Virus record (IMG/VR): IMGVR_UViG_3300048839_001110 | Coordinates: 1 to 53,360 of that record | Length of the DNA stretch: 53,360 nt | Source: a virus | Reading direction: 5' to 3' (one strand) | Shown here: piece after piece, positions 16,512-23,829 of the stretch | Numbering within the stretch: the first letter of the stretch is position 1 | How the letters are laid out: every line of letters begins with the position of its first letter | Notes under the pieces: model-generated | Database searches by the model: none | What the model saw: only the letters and a program-made list of their open reading frames with translations | What the model was told of the DNA's origin: nothing | Position numbers and translations under genes: made by a program

Positions 16512-17642
16512 CTAGCCCGCCGCCTTGCGCGGCAGCGCGATGACGGGATCGGTCGACGGCTGCGGCGACGCGACGGGTTCGTCGGCTGCGCGCAACGGTC
16601 CTGCGGCCGCCGGGCCGAGCCGCACCGGGCCGAGCGGCAGCGGCGCGCCATTCGCCTTCGCGCGCACATGCCGCTCGATCTGCGACGACACCGATACATG
16701 AAAGCGCGGGCCCGAGAGCTCCGCATTGTCGGCGCCGAGGATGATCGCCGCCATCGCCATCGGATCGTCGAGGTCGCGCGCCCAGCGCTCGAGCAGCAAG
16801 GCGGCGCGCTGCGGTGTCACCGCCATGCGCTCGACAACGATGCGGGCGCCCTCACCCTGTAGCCAGCTGGCGGCTTCTGAATTGTCCACAGCGGGAACCG
16901 TTACGCCGTAACGGTCTGCGTCTGTGGATGATCCGGCAGCGGGCGCGACTCGCGGGGACGAAACTTCGCTCGATCCGCCAGCACCTTCATTGGCGGCCTT
17001 CTCGCCGCGGGCGCCGGCGCCGTTGTTGTCCACAGGGGCAGATTGAAAATGTCTGCTCTGCTCTGCCGTAACCGTGACAGCGAGACGTCTCGTTACGTCG
17101 TAACGCTGTAACGCTGTGGACAAGTCGACGTCGTTGAGGACCTGCGCCTCGATCAGCGCGCGCGCCTCCGCCGGCAATTCGCCGCGCCCCACCATCTTGG
17201 CGATCGCCGCCATCCCGCTCTTGCGGGCGCGCAGGCGGCGATTGCGTTCGGCAGCAGTGCTGTCCTGGCCGTCGCCATCGCGATTGCGGCCGTGGAAATC
17301 GGCGATGTGATCATATGCGACCCAGGCGACATCCTGCTGCTCGAGCGCTGCGAAGATGCGCGCCGCATCCTCCTCGGCGATGTCGAGGGCAGCACCGAAC
17401 TCGGCCGCGCTGAAATCGGCGACGCTGCCGCGGTCATCGGCCTTGTTCGCCAGCTCCTCCAGCCGGTTGACGAAGGCCACGACGGTCGCGAGCGGCAGAG
17501 ACACCTTGCGGGCCACGACGCGCCAGAGTGGCTGGTCGGAAAAGCCGTTCATGCGCCGCGACCATTTCCACTGGCGGTGCTGCAACGCCTTTTTGGTCGC
17601 CTCGCCGATCTGACGCAGATGCTGCTTGCGCTCCCACGTCAT
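16512..17642 (-). CDS. Candidate replication initiator (lambda O-like logic)
   Basis: 376 aa from the ATG at 17642, which overlaps the methylase stop (ATGA). The N-terminal region looks winged-helix-like. A central low-complexity linker is encoded by DNA carrying DnaA-box-like 9-mers and GTAACG repeats. Confidence 0.45.
   Translation of the reverse strand: MTWERKQHLRQIGEATKKALQHRQWKWSRRMNGFSDQPLWRVVARKVSLPLATVVAFVNRLEELANKADDRGSVADFSAAEFGAALDIAEEDAARIFAALEQQDVAWVAYDHIADFHGRNRDGDGQDSTAAERNRRLRARKSGMAAIAKMVGRGELPAEARALIEAQVLNDVDLSTALQRYDVTRRLAVTVTAEQSRHFQSAPVDNNGAGARGEKAANEGAGGSSEVSSPRVAPAAGSSTDADRYGVTVPAVDNSEAASWLQGEGARIVVERMAVTPQRAALLLERWARDLDDPMAMAAIILGADNAELSGPRFHVSVSSQIERHVRAKANGAPLPLGPVRLGPAAAGPLRAADEPVASPQPSTDPVIALPRKAAG
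16882..17123. other. Candidate origin of replication inside the 16512-17642 gene
   Basis: TTGTCCACA at 16882 and 17026. TGTGGACAA at 17115. TGTGGATGA at 16923. Palindromes CCGTTACG-C-CGTAACGG (16898-16914) and CGTTACG-T-CGTAACG (17091-17105), plus further GTAACG/GTAACC copies. A relatively A/T-rich patch sits at about 17039-17065. Confidence 0.45.
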
Positions 17643-18283
17643 GCGGCCACCTGCACCACGGGGTCGAACTTGCCGGCCTCGAAGCCGAAGCTGTCCCAGC
17701 CCGGCCGGGTCTGGCGCGAGAACAATTCGATGCGGCGCACCTCGCCCGCCCAGCGCTCGCACCAGGCGAAGGCCTCGTCGGGCTTGCGGGAATGCTGGCG
17801 CGCCAGCCCTTCGATGATGTTGCGCTCGCCGCGCGAATTCGCAGGCGACCCCTTGACCGCGATCAGGAACGGCTCGGTCGAGGACCGCACCCGATAGCCG
17901 GTGCCGAAGGCGGGCTTGCCCGAGGCGGTGCGCTTCAGCCAGCAGCCGCCGCTCGCATAGCGCAGGCCCCAGCTCTTGAGGCATTCGCCGACACGCGAGC
18001 GCGCGGCGTCGTGGTCGCGGTAATGCCGCTTCGGATCGCCGCCATGCAGGAGCAGCGGCCAGGTGCACCACAGAAACACCAGCGCGTCTCGCGCCAGCAG
18101 GTCCGCCACCGGCAAGGCGGCGATCGCCTCGAACGACATCGATCCGTAATGCCGGACCGAGCTTTTCTCCTCGCCCTTGTCCGAGCGCATTTTGGTCGGC
18201 CAGGGCGGGTCGATCATCGCGAGCCCGTAGGCCCCGAAGGCGAGCTGCTCGAACGGCGCGCGCGGGCGCAGGAGCGCGTTCAT
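17639..18283 (-). CDS. MT-A70-family N6-adenine DNA methyltransferase
   Basis: 214 aa from the ATG at 18283. Contains the DPPW motif (LAMIDPPWP) and the ...STEPFLIAVKG...SRKPDE pattern. Confidence 0.8.
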   Translation of the reverse strand: MNALLRPRAPFEQLAFGAYGLAMIDPPWPTKMRSDKGEEKSSVRHYGSMSFEAIAALPVADLLARDALVFLWCTWPLLLHGGDPKRHYRDHDAARSRVGECLKSWGLRYASGGCWLKRTASGKPAFGTGYRVRSSTEPFLIAVKGSPANSRGERNIIEGLARQHSRKPDEAFAWCERWAGEVRRIELFSRQTRPGWDSFGFEAGKFDPVVQVAA

Positions 18284-18398
18284 GCGCGCGCTCCCGCGCT
18301 GCAATCCTGGCCCCGCCCGGCTCCTGAGGGGAACTCGGCCGGGCGGGGCCATCCTGCCGCCGCGCTGCCGGCGGCGGGTCTTCGGCATGCGCGAGCCT

Positions 18399-18590
18399 TC
18401 ATGGGCGCACCGCCGAAAAGTGCAGGCGTATCGCTTCGCCGATCACATCGGCGACAGTTACGCCCTTCGAAGACGCGACGGCCTCGAGCTGGGCCCAGTC
18501 CCTGCGCGGCATTGCGAGCTGGATTTCGTCGCCGGTCGCGAAGGCGATGATCCGCGTCTCGCTCGCCAGCATGTCGCGGCGCGCCTGCAT
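18399..18590 (-). CDS. Ribbon-helix-helix (CopG/Arc-like) protein
   Basis: 63 aa. A beta-strand (IQLAMP) is followed by two helices (RDWAQLEAVASSKG, TVADVIGEAIRLH). Confidence 0.5.
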   Translation of the reverse strand: MQARRDMLASETRIIAFATGDEIQLAMPRRDWAQLEAVASSKGVTVADVIGEAIRLHFSAVRP

Positions 18591-18629
18591 TTGCTCTCAC
18601 CGGCAGGATGATCACCTCCCCCATCGCCC

Positions 18630-18866
18630 TCACCACGCCAGCAGCTTGAGGAAACACACGAGCGCGATCAGCGCGCCGGCGCCGGCGGTCCCGGCGAGCG
18701 CCGGCGCCGAGGCACGCGCGAATTCGTCCGCGATCGCGGCAATGAGCGCGATGGCGCGCGCCTTCGGCGTCAGCGGGCCTTGCGGCGCGGGCGCGGGCTC
18801 CGGCTGCGCGGGCGGCGTCCAGGGTTCGTCCGAATAGTCGGTCGAGAAATCGGCGGGCTGCGCCAT
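18630..18866 (-). CDS. Small protein with a C-terminal transmembrane segment
   Basis: 78 aa from the ATG at 18866. The C-terminus reads GAGALIALVCFLKLLAW. Confidence 0.45.
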   Translation of the reverse strand: MAQPADFSTDYSDEPWTPPAQPEPAPAPQGPLTPKARAIALIAAIADEFARASAPALAGTAGAGALIALVCFLKLLAW

Positions 18867-18930
18867 GACGGACCTCGTGCGGCGGTGAAAGAAAAAGACA
18901 CGCACGCACGCACGCGAACCATCACCGGAC

Positions 18931-18953
18931 TTGTCCACACGCGCTGTGGACAA
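18931..18953. repeat. Inverted pair of DnaA-box-like 9-mers
   Basis: TTGTCCACA-cgcgc-TGTGGACAA, a perfect 9-bp inverted repeat. Confidence 0.7.
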
Positions 18954-18999
18954 CGCAAAGTTGCTCACGCTCAGCCGTCGGGTGCGCCATCATCCGCCG

Positions 19000-19221
19000 A
19001 TGGCCGACGATGATGCCCTGGCTCACGAGCTGCAGGATTTCCGGATTGGCCGGCTTCCCGACGGCTCGATCGTGCTGCAAGTTTTTTTCGCCACCAGCGC
19101 GCAAGCGCTTGCAGAGGGCCGGCTGGCGTCGATTGCTCTGGGCATGACACGGGCGCGGGCGGATGCTCTGGCGCGCGGGCTACTGGCGGCGCCGGACGCG
19201 CCGGCGGCAAAGGCGCATTAA
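19000..19221 (+). CDS. Hypothetical small protein encoded against the operon direction
   Basis: 73 aa from an internal ATG, mostly GC3 codons. Flanked by the 16-bp direct repeat ACTTGTCCACACGCGC. Confidence 0.4.
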   Translation: MADDDALAHELQDFRIGRLPDGSIVLQVFFATSAQALAEGRLASIALGMTRARADALARGLLAAPDAPAAKAH

Positions 19222-19394
19222 GGTCGCCCTGCGGCACCCAGGTTACGTCCGTCAGCTTCCACGATCGATACCGCATCAACAGCCCCTCAAGACAATCGGC
19301 ACACTCTGAACTTGTCCACACGCGCCCACAGGGGCGGATTCGACTCGCGTGGAACCCTCCATCACGATGATTGCCGGGAGGGCGACGGCGAAAC

Positions 19395-19646
19395 TCAGGC
19401 GGCGCGCGATCGACTTCGCGCGGCGCGCTTGGTGCGGATCGGCTTGGCGGCCAGCTCCGCGAGGACATCGACAGTGAGCCCTCGCACACCGCGTTGGCGC
19501 GCGGCTTCGGCGAGGGGTTTCCAGTACGGCACCGGAATCGACGAACGGGCCTTCCAAGAGGCCACGGTCGTGAATGGCAGGTCGAGCGCCGCAGCAACGG
19601 CAGTCGATCCGCCCAGCGTTTCGAGAATCTCTGAGACCGATCGCAT
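19395..19646 (-). CDS. Cro-like small HTH regulator, probably on a leaderless mRNA
   Basis: 83 aa from the ATG at 19646 (MRSVSEILETLGGSTAVAAALDLPFTTVASWK...). The ATG lies only 10 nt downstream of the -10 of the leftward promoter. Confidence 0.6.
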   Translation of the reverse strand: MRSVSEILETLGGSTAVAAALDLPFTTVASWKARSSIPVPYWKPLAEAARQRGVRGLTVDVLAELAAKPIRTKRAARSRSRAA

Positions 19647-19656
19647 GGCGGTCGGC

Positions 19657-19685
19657 ACGCTACGCATGATGCGTAGTCGTGTCAA
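19657..19685 (-). promoter_or_regulatory. Leftward early promoter with embedded operator
   Basis: Minus strand reads TTGACA-cgacTACGCAtcaTGCG-TAGCGT: a consensus -35, a 17-nt spacer and a TAnnnT -10. Confidence 0.6.
19661..19675. promoter_or_regulatory. Operator palindrome TACGCA-N3-TGCGTA (left)
   Basis: Perfect 6-3-6 palindrome overlapping the spacer and -10. Confidence 0.6.
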
Positions 19686-19691
19686 CGCCCG

Positions 19692-19704
19692 ATGCGTAAC
19701 GCAT
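19692..19704. promoter_or_regulatory. Second palindrome ATGCGT-A-ACGCAT between the cro-like and cI-like genes
   Basis: Uses the same ACGCA/TGCGT pentamers but in the opposite arrangement. Lies 6 nt beyond the -35. Confidence 0.4.
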
Positions 19705-19720
19705 TTTGCGAAGGTCATTC

Positions 19721-20338
19721 ATGGTTCTTGATTCTCCCGCCGCGCGTCTGAAATGGGCGCGAGAGCAGCACGGAAAATACGGCACACCGACCGACGCCGC
19801 CCGAGCCTTTGGGTGGCCGGTGTCGACCTATCTCGGCCATGAAAACGGCGACCGTAACCCCAGCCGCGAGGCCGCGAAACGCTATGGGCGCGCCTATCGT
19901 GTGCGGTGGGAATGGGTCCTGGAAGGCGAAGGTCCACCACGCGACGAGCATCGTGCTCCAGTGGTCGGCCATGTAGGCGCCGGCGCTGCGATGTATTTCG
20001 AAGATGGTCAAGGGCCCTTCGGAGACGTGACACTCCCACAATCAGCGCCCGATCATACCGTCGCAGCCGAGGTCCGCGGCGATTCTCTTGGGCCGTTCAA
20101 CGGCTGGTTCGCGTATTTTTCGAAACGGCGCGACGCGCCTGGCCCCGATCTTGTAGGCCAGCTTTGCGTCGTCGGCCTGGCAGACGGGCGAATCCTGATT
20201 AAGCGCATCGCCCGCGGCCGCAAGGCGCGACGCTATGATCTTTGGGGCGCCGGCGGCGAGCCGCTGCAAGATCAACAACTGCAATGGGCCGCGCCGGTTC
20301 TAGCGATTTTGTCACCGGCCATGGCCAGGAGCGAGTAG
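19721..20338 (+). CDS. CI-like repressor (HTH plus S24/LexA-type autopeptidase domain)
   Basis: 205 aa from the ATG at 19721. N-terminal XRE-type HTH (ARLKWAREQHGKYGTPTDAARAFGWPVSTYLGHENG). The C-terminal domain ends ...LCVVGLADGRILIKRI... Confidence 0.85.
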   Translation: MVLDSPAARLKWAREQHGKYGTPTDAARAFGWPVSTYLGHENGDRNPSREAAKRYGRAYRVRWEWVLEGEGPPRDEHRAPVVGHVGAGAAMYFEDGQGPFGDVTLPQSAPDHTVAAEVRGDSLGPFNGWFAYFSKRRDAPGPDLVGQLCVVGLADGRILIKRIARGRKARRYDLWGAGGEPLQDQQLQWAAPVLAILSPAMARSE

Positions 20339-20341
20339 CCG

Positions 20342-20626
20342 TCACGCAAACACCAACGCGATCAAAAAGAGTGCGAAGCTGAGCGCAAACATCGTAGCCA
20401 TGATGGCTGACCAGTGCCCGAGAAACCGCATTCCATCGACGACACCGCTGCGGATTGCGGACAAAGAAAAGCCCTGCTCGTCAATGCCAAGAGCCACACC
20501 GATCGTCGCGAACCAGCCTACTAGAAAGAAAATGCCAGTCAGCGCCGCGCCAATTGAGTCAAGCATCGCCGGCATAGCCAGGCCGAAAAGCACAATAAAC
20601 GCCAGAAATAGAACGACTGGCCACAT
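20342..20626 (-). CDS. Integral membrane protein (moron candidate)
   Basis: 94 aa with three or four hydrophobic helices. The DNA is visibly more A/T-rich. Convergent with the repressor gene. Confidence 0.6.
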   Translation of the reverse strand: MWPVVLFLAFIVLFGLAMPAMLDSIGAALTGIFFLVGWFATIGVALGIDEQGFSLSAIRSGVVDGMRFLGHWSAIMATMFALSFALFLIALVFA

Positions 20627-20648
20627 GACGAGCCCTTAAGAAAATCGA

Positions 20649-20798
20649 CTATTTGCCGCCCGGCTTGCGGTCAGCTGCTCGGTCACCGCAGCGCGATCCG
20701 TCGCTCGCCCTGTCGGACGCGGTGTCGCACGGTCCCGCGCTGGCAATCGTCGGCGCAAGCGCGGCGGCGATAAGAAGCACCGCAAAAAGCTTGGTCAT
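20649..20798 (-). CDS. Small secreted protein (moron candidate)
   Basis: 49 aa from the ATG at 20798, with a GGGGGA RBS. Signal peptide MTKLFAVLLIAAALAPTIASA. Confidence 0.5.
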   Translation of the reverse strand: MTKLFAVLLIAAALAPTIASAGPCDTASDRASDGSRCGDRAADRKPGGK

Positions 20799-20852
20799 CT
20801 TGTATCCCCCGTTGCCGCTGAATTGCGGCAAAGCAAGTTTAACAGCCCTTGC

Positions 20853-20867
20853 TACGCAATTTGCGTT
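20853..20867. promoter_or_regulatory. Operator-like palindrome TACGCA-ATT-TGCGTT
   Basis: 6-3-6 palindrome with one mismatch, overlapping the -35 of the rightward promoter. Confidence 0.5.
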
Positions 20868-20894
20868 GACTCGATTACGCAACATGCGTAGCCT
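20866..20894 (+). promoter_or_regulatory. Rightward early promoter with embedded operator
   Basis: TTGACT-cgatTACGCAacaTGCG-TAGCCT. Matches the leftward module at 25 of 29 positions. Confidence 0.6.
20876..20890. promoter_or_regulatory. Operator palindrome TACGCA-N3-TGCGTA (right)
   Basis: Perfect 6-3-6 palindrome in the same position relative to -35/-10 as the left copy. Confidence 0.6.
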
Positions 20895-20927
20895 TCCCTC
20901 GCCGACTCAATCGCGAGGGACCGCGAC

Positions 20928-21263
20928 ATGCCCAAACAAAGCCGCGTTTCGTTCCGGGCCAACGCCCTGGAACGCATCGTCATCCGCAAGATCGCCAGGC
21001 GCGCGATCGCCGAGCTGCAGGCGCTGAGCGTCGCAGGCTGCACCGAGCTCGACATCCAGATGGATGTCACCGCCTGTCACGCCAACGGCTGCCCGCTGCG
21101 GCTCGACGAATTGCTGGCGGCGAATCCGTTCGACTTCGCGCACGACATCTTCGGCATTCGCCGCTTTCTCGATCGCGCCACCGGCAAGATCGATCCGGCG
21201 CGCTTCGATCCGCGCTACTCGGCGCCCCTGCCCGACCGTCCGCGTCGCCGGCGCGCGGCGTGA
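20928..21263 (+). CDS. Hypothetical protein, first rightward early gene
   Basis: 111 aa with a GAGGGA RBS. Confidence 0.6.
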   Translation: MPKQSRVSFRANALERIVIRKIARRAIAELQALSVAGCTELDIQMDVTACHANGCPLRLDELLAANPFDFAHDIFGIRRFLDRATGKIDPARFDPRYSAPLPDRPRRRRAA

Positions 21264-21275
21264 GGGGGGGCGATC

Positions 21276-21509
21276 ATGTCGAACCAACCGCATCACGCCG
21301 CCGATCCGATTGATCTGGCCGCATCCGCCATCGCCAGCCGCCTGACAATCCTGCTGGCCGCCGAGATCGCCGCCACCTTGCGGCGGCTCGACTACAATCC
21401 CGCCTTGCTGCTCAGCCGCACCGCGCCGCGCGACAAGACGGCGGCCGAGCGCCAGCGCCGCTTGCGTGAACGCCGCCGGGCCGCTGGCCCGCTCTCGCAG
21501 GGGAGCTGA
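21276..21509 (+). CDS. Hypothetical protein
   Basis: 77-aa ORF in the operon. Confidence 0.5.
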   Translation: MSNQPHHAADPIDLAASAIASRLTILLAAEIAATLRRLDYNPALLLSRTAPRDKTAAERQRRLRERRRAAGPLSQGS

Positions 21510-21511
21510 CC

Positions 21512-21766
21512 ATGCAGCATTCCAGCCCCCTGGCCCGCCTCGCGCAGATCTTCACGCGCAAGCCTTTGCCCTCGTTCACCCCGCGTGCGGCGCGCGGCAT
21601 CGAGGACCCGAAGTGTCCGGGCAGCCGCCGCATCGTCGTCACCGTCGATGCCGCGACCTTCAAGGCCATCGGCCGCGCCGCGCTCGCCTCCGACGTCACG
21701 ACGTCGGAGGCCATCCGCCAGCTGATCCGGCGTGGGCTCGATGCCTCGCCCGTGCGGGAGGGCTAG
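21512..21766 (+). CDS. Ribbon-helix-helix protein
   Basis: 84 aa. C-terminal IVVTVDAATFKAIGRAALASDVTTSEAIRQLIRRGL. Confidence 0.5.
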   Translation: MQHSSPLARLAQIFTRKPLPSFTPRAARGIEDPKCPGSRRIVVTVDAATFKAIGRAALASDVTTSEAIRQLIRRGLDASPVREG

Positions 21767-21770
21767 GGAC

Positions 21771-22262
21771 ATGGCGCGCAAATATCTGTTCGGATCGAAG
21801 CAGCGTGAGGCGCTGTGGCTGCGCGAGAAGCACAACGCGCAGCTGAGCGGCCGCGGCGACCTGCCGATCTGCAATCTCTGCGATCTGCCGGTCCAGAAGA
21901 CCGACGCCTGGGACGAGAGCCACGATCCCGGCAAGGCGAAAGCCTTCGGCGGCAAGCGCACCGGCATCGCGCATCGCCTCTGCAACCACCTGCACGGCGC
22001 GCAGGTCGTGACGCCGGCGATCGCCAAGTCGAACAAGGTGCGCCGGCGCGACATCGGCGCTGCCGGCCCCGGCCTGGGCCGCCATCCGATGCAGGGCGGG
22101 CGCCGCTCGCGCCTGTCGAAAAGCTTCAGCCATGGCGTGGTGCCGCGCCTCACCCTGTCCGAGAAGCTCGCGGTCATGCGGGCGAAGCGCGCGATCGGCG
22201 GCGACATCCCGGAGTTTGACACGCCGCCGGTCGCGTTGCCCGACACGGGAGGCGCGTCGTGA
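21771..22262 (+). CDS. HNH endonuclease-like protein
   Basis: 163 aa from the ATG at 21771, with a GGGAGGG RBS. Motif CNLCDLP...DESHDPGKAKAFGG...AHRLCNHLHG. Confidence 0.55.
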   Translation: MARKYLFGSKQREALWLREKHNAQLSGRGDLPICNLCDLPVQKTDAWDESHDPGKAKAFGGKRTGIAHRLCNHLHGAQVVTPAIAKSNKVRRRDIGAAGPGLGRHPMQGGRRSRLSKSFSHGVVPRLTLSEKLAVMRAKRAIGGDIPEFDTPPVALPDTGGAS

Positions 22263-22540
22263 ACGAGCGCTTAGAGTACCGCCCGAGTGAGTTCGTCGGC
22301 GTCGCGGGCCCGCACTACATCTATATCGGCATCAAGGACCGTGCGGACTTCGACAAGATCGACCGGCCGGTCGAGGACCGCGGGCAGAACGAGTATGGCC
22401 ACGTTCTGATCAAGACCGTCGAGCAAGGCGAAGTCACGGTCATCTTCCAGTTCTGGCTCCTGTCGGAAACGACGGAAGCGTTCCTTGAGCGTTGCAGGCG
22501 TGAGCGCGCAGAGCGGCAAGCCGCCGGAGGCGCGTCGTGA
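22259..22540 (+). CDS. Hypothetical protein
   Basis: 93 aa. GTG start overlapping the upstream stop. Confidence 0.5.
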   Translation: MNERLEYRPSEFVGVAGPHYIYIGIKDRADFDKIDRPVEDRGQNEYGHVLIKTVEQGEVTVIFQFWLLSETTEAFLERCRRERAERQAAGGAS

Positions 22541-22752
22541 GCAGCCACGAGGACCTGATCGCGAAACTGTCCGGCCTCGCCGCGTCGCGGCTGCGCGCCT
22601 TGCTCAAAACGGGGCAGCTGAGCCGGATCGACGCCGACATCGTGCGCGCCCATTTCGAGGGCGTGCGCATGGCCGGAGGCATCAGCCAGTCGGAGGTCGA
22701 CCTGCTGACCGACATCACGCTGCGGCAGGTTGTTGAGGAGGGCGTTCGATGA
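22537..22752 (+). CDS. Hypothetical protein
   Basis: 71 aa with a 4-nt overlap. Confidence 0.5.
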   Translation: MSSHEDLIAKLSGLAASRLRALLKTGQLSRIDADIVRAHFEGVRMAGGISQSEVDLLTDITLRQVVEEGVR

Positions 22753-23000
22753 ACCTCCCGCGCGCCGCCGAAGATCTTGCCGGGCTCGACGATCTGATCG
22801 CGCGGTTCAACGCGGCGGCTGAAGGCCACGACACGCTCGTCGTCGCGACGGCCGCGGCCTCGATTCTTGGCCAAGCCATCGCCCGTTCGAGCCTGACGAT
22901 GCCGAGCGCGCAAACATTCGCGCGCAAATACGGGCAGGCGATTGCGGACGACATCGCAAAGAACTGGCCGCTCGTCACCAATGATCGGGCGCGGGGCTGA
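22749..23000 (+). CDS. Hypothetical protein
   Basis: 83 aa with a 4-nt overlap. Confidence 0.5.
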   Translation: MNLPRAAEDLAGLDDLIARFNAAAEGHDTLVVATAAASILGQAIARSSLTMPSAQTFARKYGQAIADDIAKNWPLVTNDRARG

Positions 23001-23003
23001 ACC

Positions 23004-23270
23004 ATGAACTTGCGCGGGGATAGCTCAACATTCAGAGCGTCGGGGTCCCTCCCGAAAGGTGCCGGTGCGAATCCGGCTCCCCGCTCCACCCCTGCCCTCG
23101 GCGATATCCTGCGGCTGACCGCCTTCGGCGCCGCGATCGTGATGGGCTTTGCCGTCGCCGAGGCGCTGGCGCGCGGCGACCTGCGTGCGTTGCTGCTCGC
23201 GCTCCTGCCGTTCATCGCCCTGCTGCTCGCTCTGGCCGTGCTGCTTGCGGCCGCGCGGAGGCGCCCGTGA
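23004..23270 (+). CDS. Small membrane protein
   Basis: 88 aa with two hydrophobic helices. Confidence 0.5.
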   Translation: MNLRGDSSTFRASGSLPKGAGANPAPRSTPALGDILRLTAFGAAIVMGFAVAEALARGDLRALLLALLPFIALLLALAVLLAAARRRP

Positions 23271-23596
23271 GCAGGCGTCGCAGCCCGCAGGAGGTCGCCG
23301 CGATTTTCGCCGCGGAATTCCCCCATGCCTTCAAGTCCGACGGCACGCCGCGGGCGCCGCTGCAGCTGCGCATCTTCGCCGATCTCGAAACGCGGCTGCG
23401 CGGGCGCGTGCGCCGGCGCGAGCTGCAGGCCGCGCTCGCCTGGTGCCTGACGCGGCCGGATTATCAGCGCCTGGTCGCGCAGGGCGGCACCCGCATCGAT
23501 CTCGACGGCCGTCATGTGGGGCGCATCGGCGTGAAGGCGCGCGCCTTCGCGCGCCGCCTGCAGGCGCGCCACGACGCCCCGGAGCCCGTGTCGTGA
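23267..23596 (+). CDS. ProQ/FinO-domain-like RNA-binding protein
   Basis: 109 aa. The pattern FP.AF...PLQLRIFADL...L..AL.W......Y......G..RIDLDG matches my memory of the FinO/ProQ fold signature. Confidence 0.5.
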   Translation: MSRRRSPQEVAAIFAAEFPHAFKSDGTPRAPLQLRIFADLETRLRGRVRRRELQAALAWCLTRPDYQRLVAQGGTRIDLDGRHVGRIGVKARAFARRLQARHDAPEPVS

Positions 23597-23829
23597 GCGC
23601 GCGCCCTTTCCTCGCCGCGGCTACGATCGCAGCCACGACGCTCGGCCCGCGCATCGCGGTCGCCGCCGCAACTGCCGAGCATGGCCCGAGCGAAGACGCC
23701 GAGCGGCGGCTGCAGGACGCAATCGCGCTCGCCAAGCAGCTCGTCCTCGATCTCGAGCTCGCCTCGCTCGAGCTCGCGCTGGCCCGCAAGCGAGCAGGCT
23801 CGGCGCATCGGCAGAGGGCGGCATCATGA
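23593..23829 (+). CDS. Hypothetical protein
   Basis: 78 aa from a GTG overlapping the upstream stop. Hydrophobic N-terminus, then a coiled segment. Confidence 0.4.
   Translation: MSARPFLAAATIAATTLGPRIAVAAATAEHGPSEDAERRLQDAIALAKQLVLDLELASLELALARKRAGSAHRQRAAS

Noticed and set aside
17643-18071. N-terminal extensions offered by the ORF track: 16512-18071, 17639-18388, 24162-26063, 37358-38014, 42403-44571 and 35718-36152.
   Set aside because: The extensions are Arg-rich and overlap the upstream gene in another frame. Internal ATG/GTG starts give ATGA/GTGA coupling or a proper RBS, so I used the shorter forms.
18900-18915. The (ACGC)x4 tetranucleotide repeat as a phase-variation switch.
   Set aside because: There are only four units, it is intergenic, and I see no evidence of length variation. 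It is mentioned only as context for the DnaA-box cluster.
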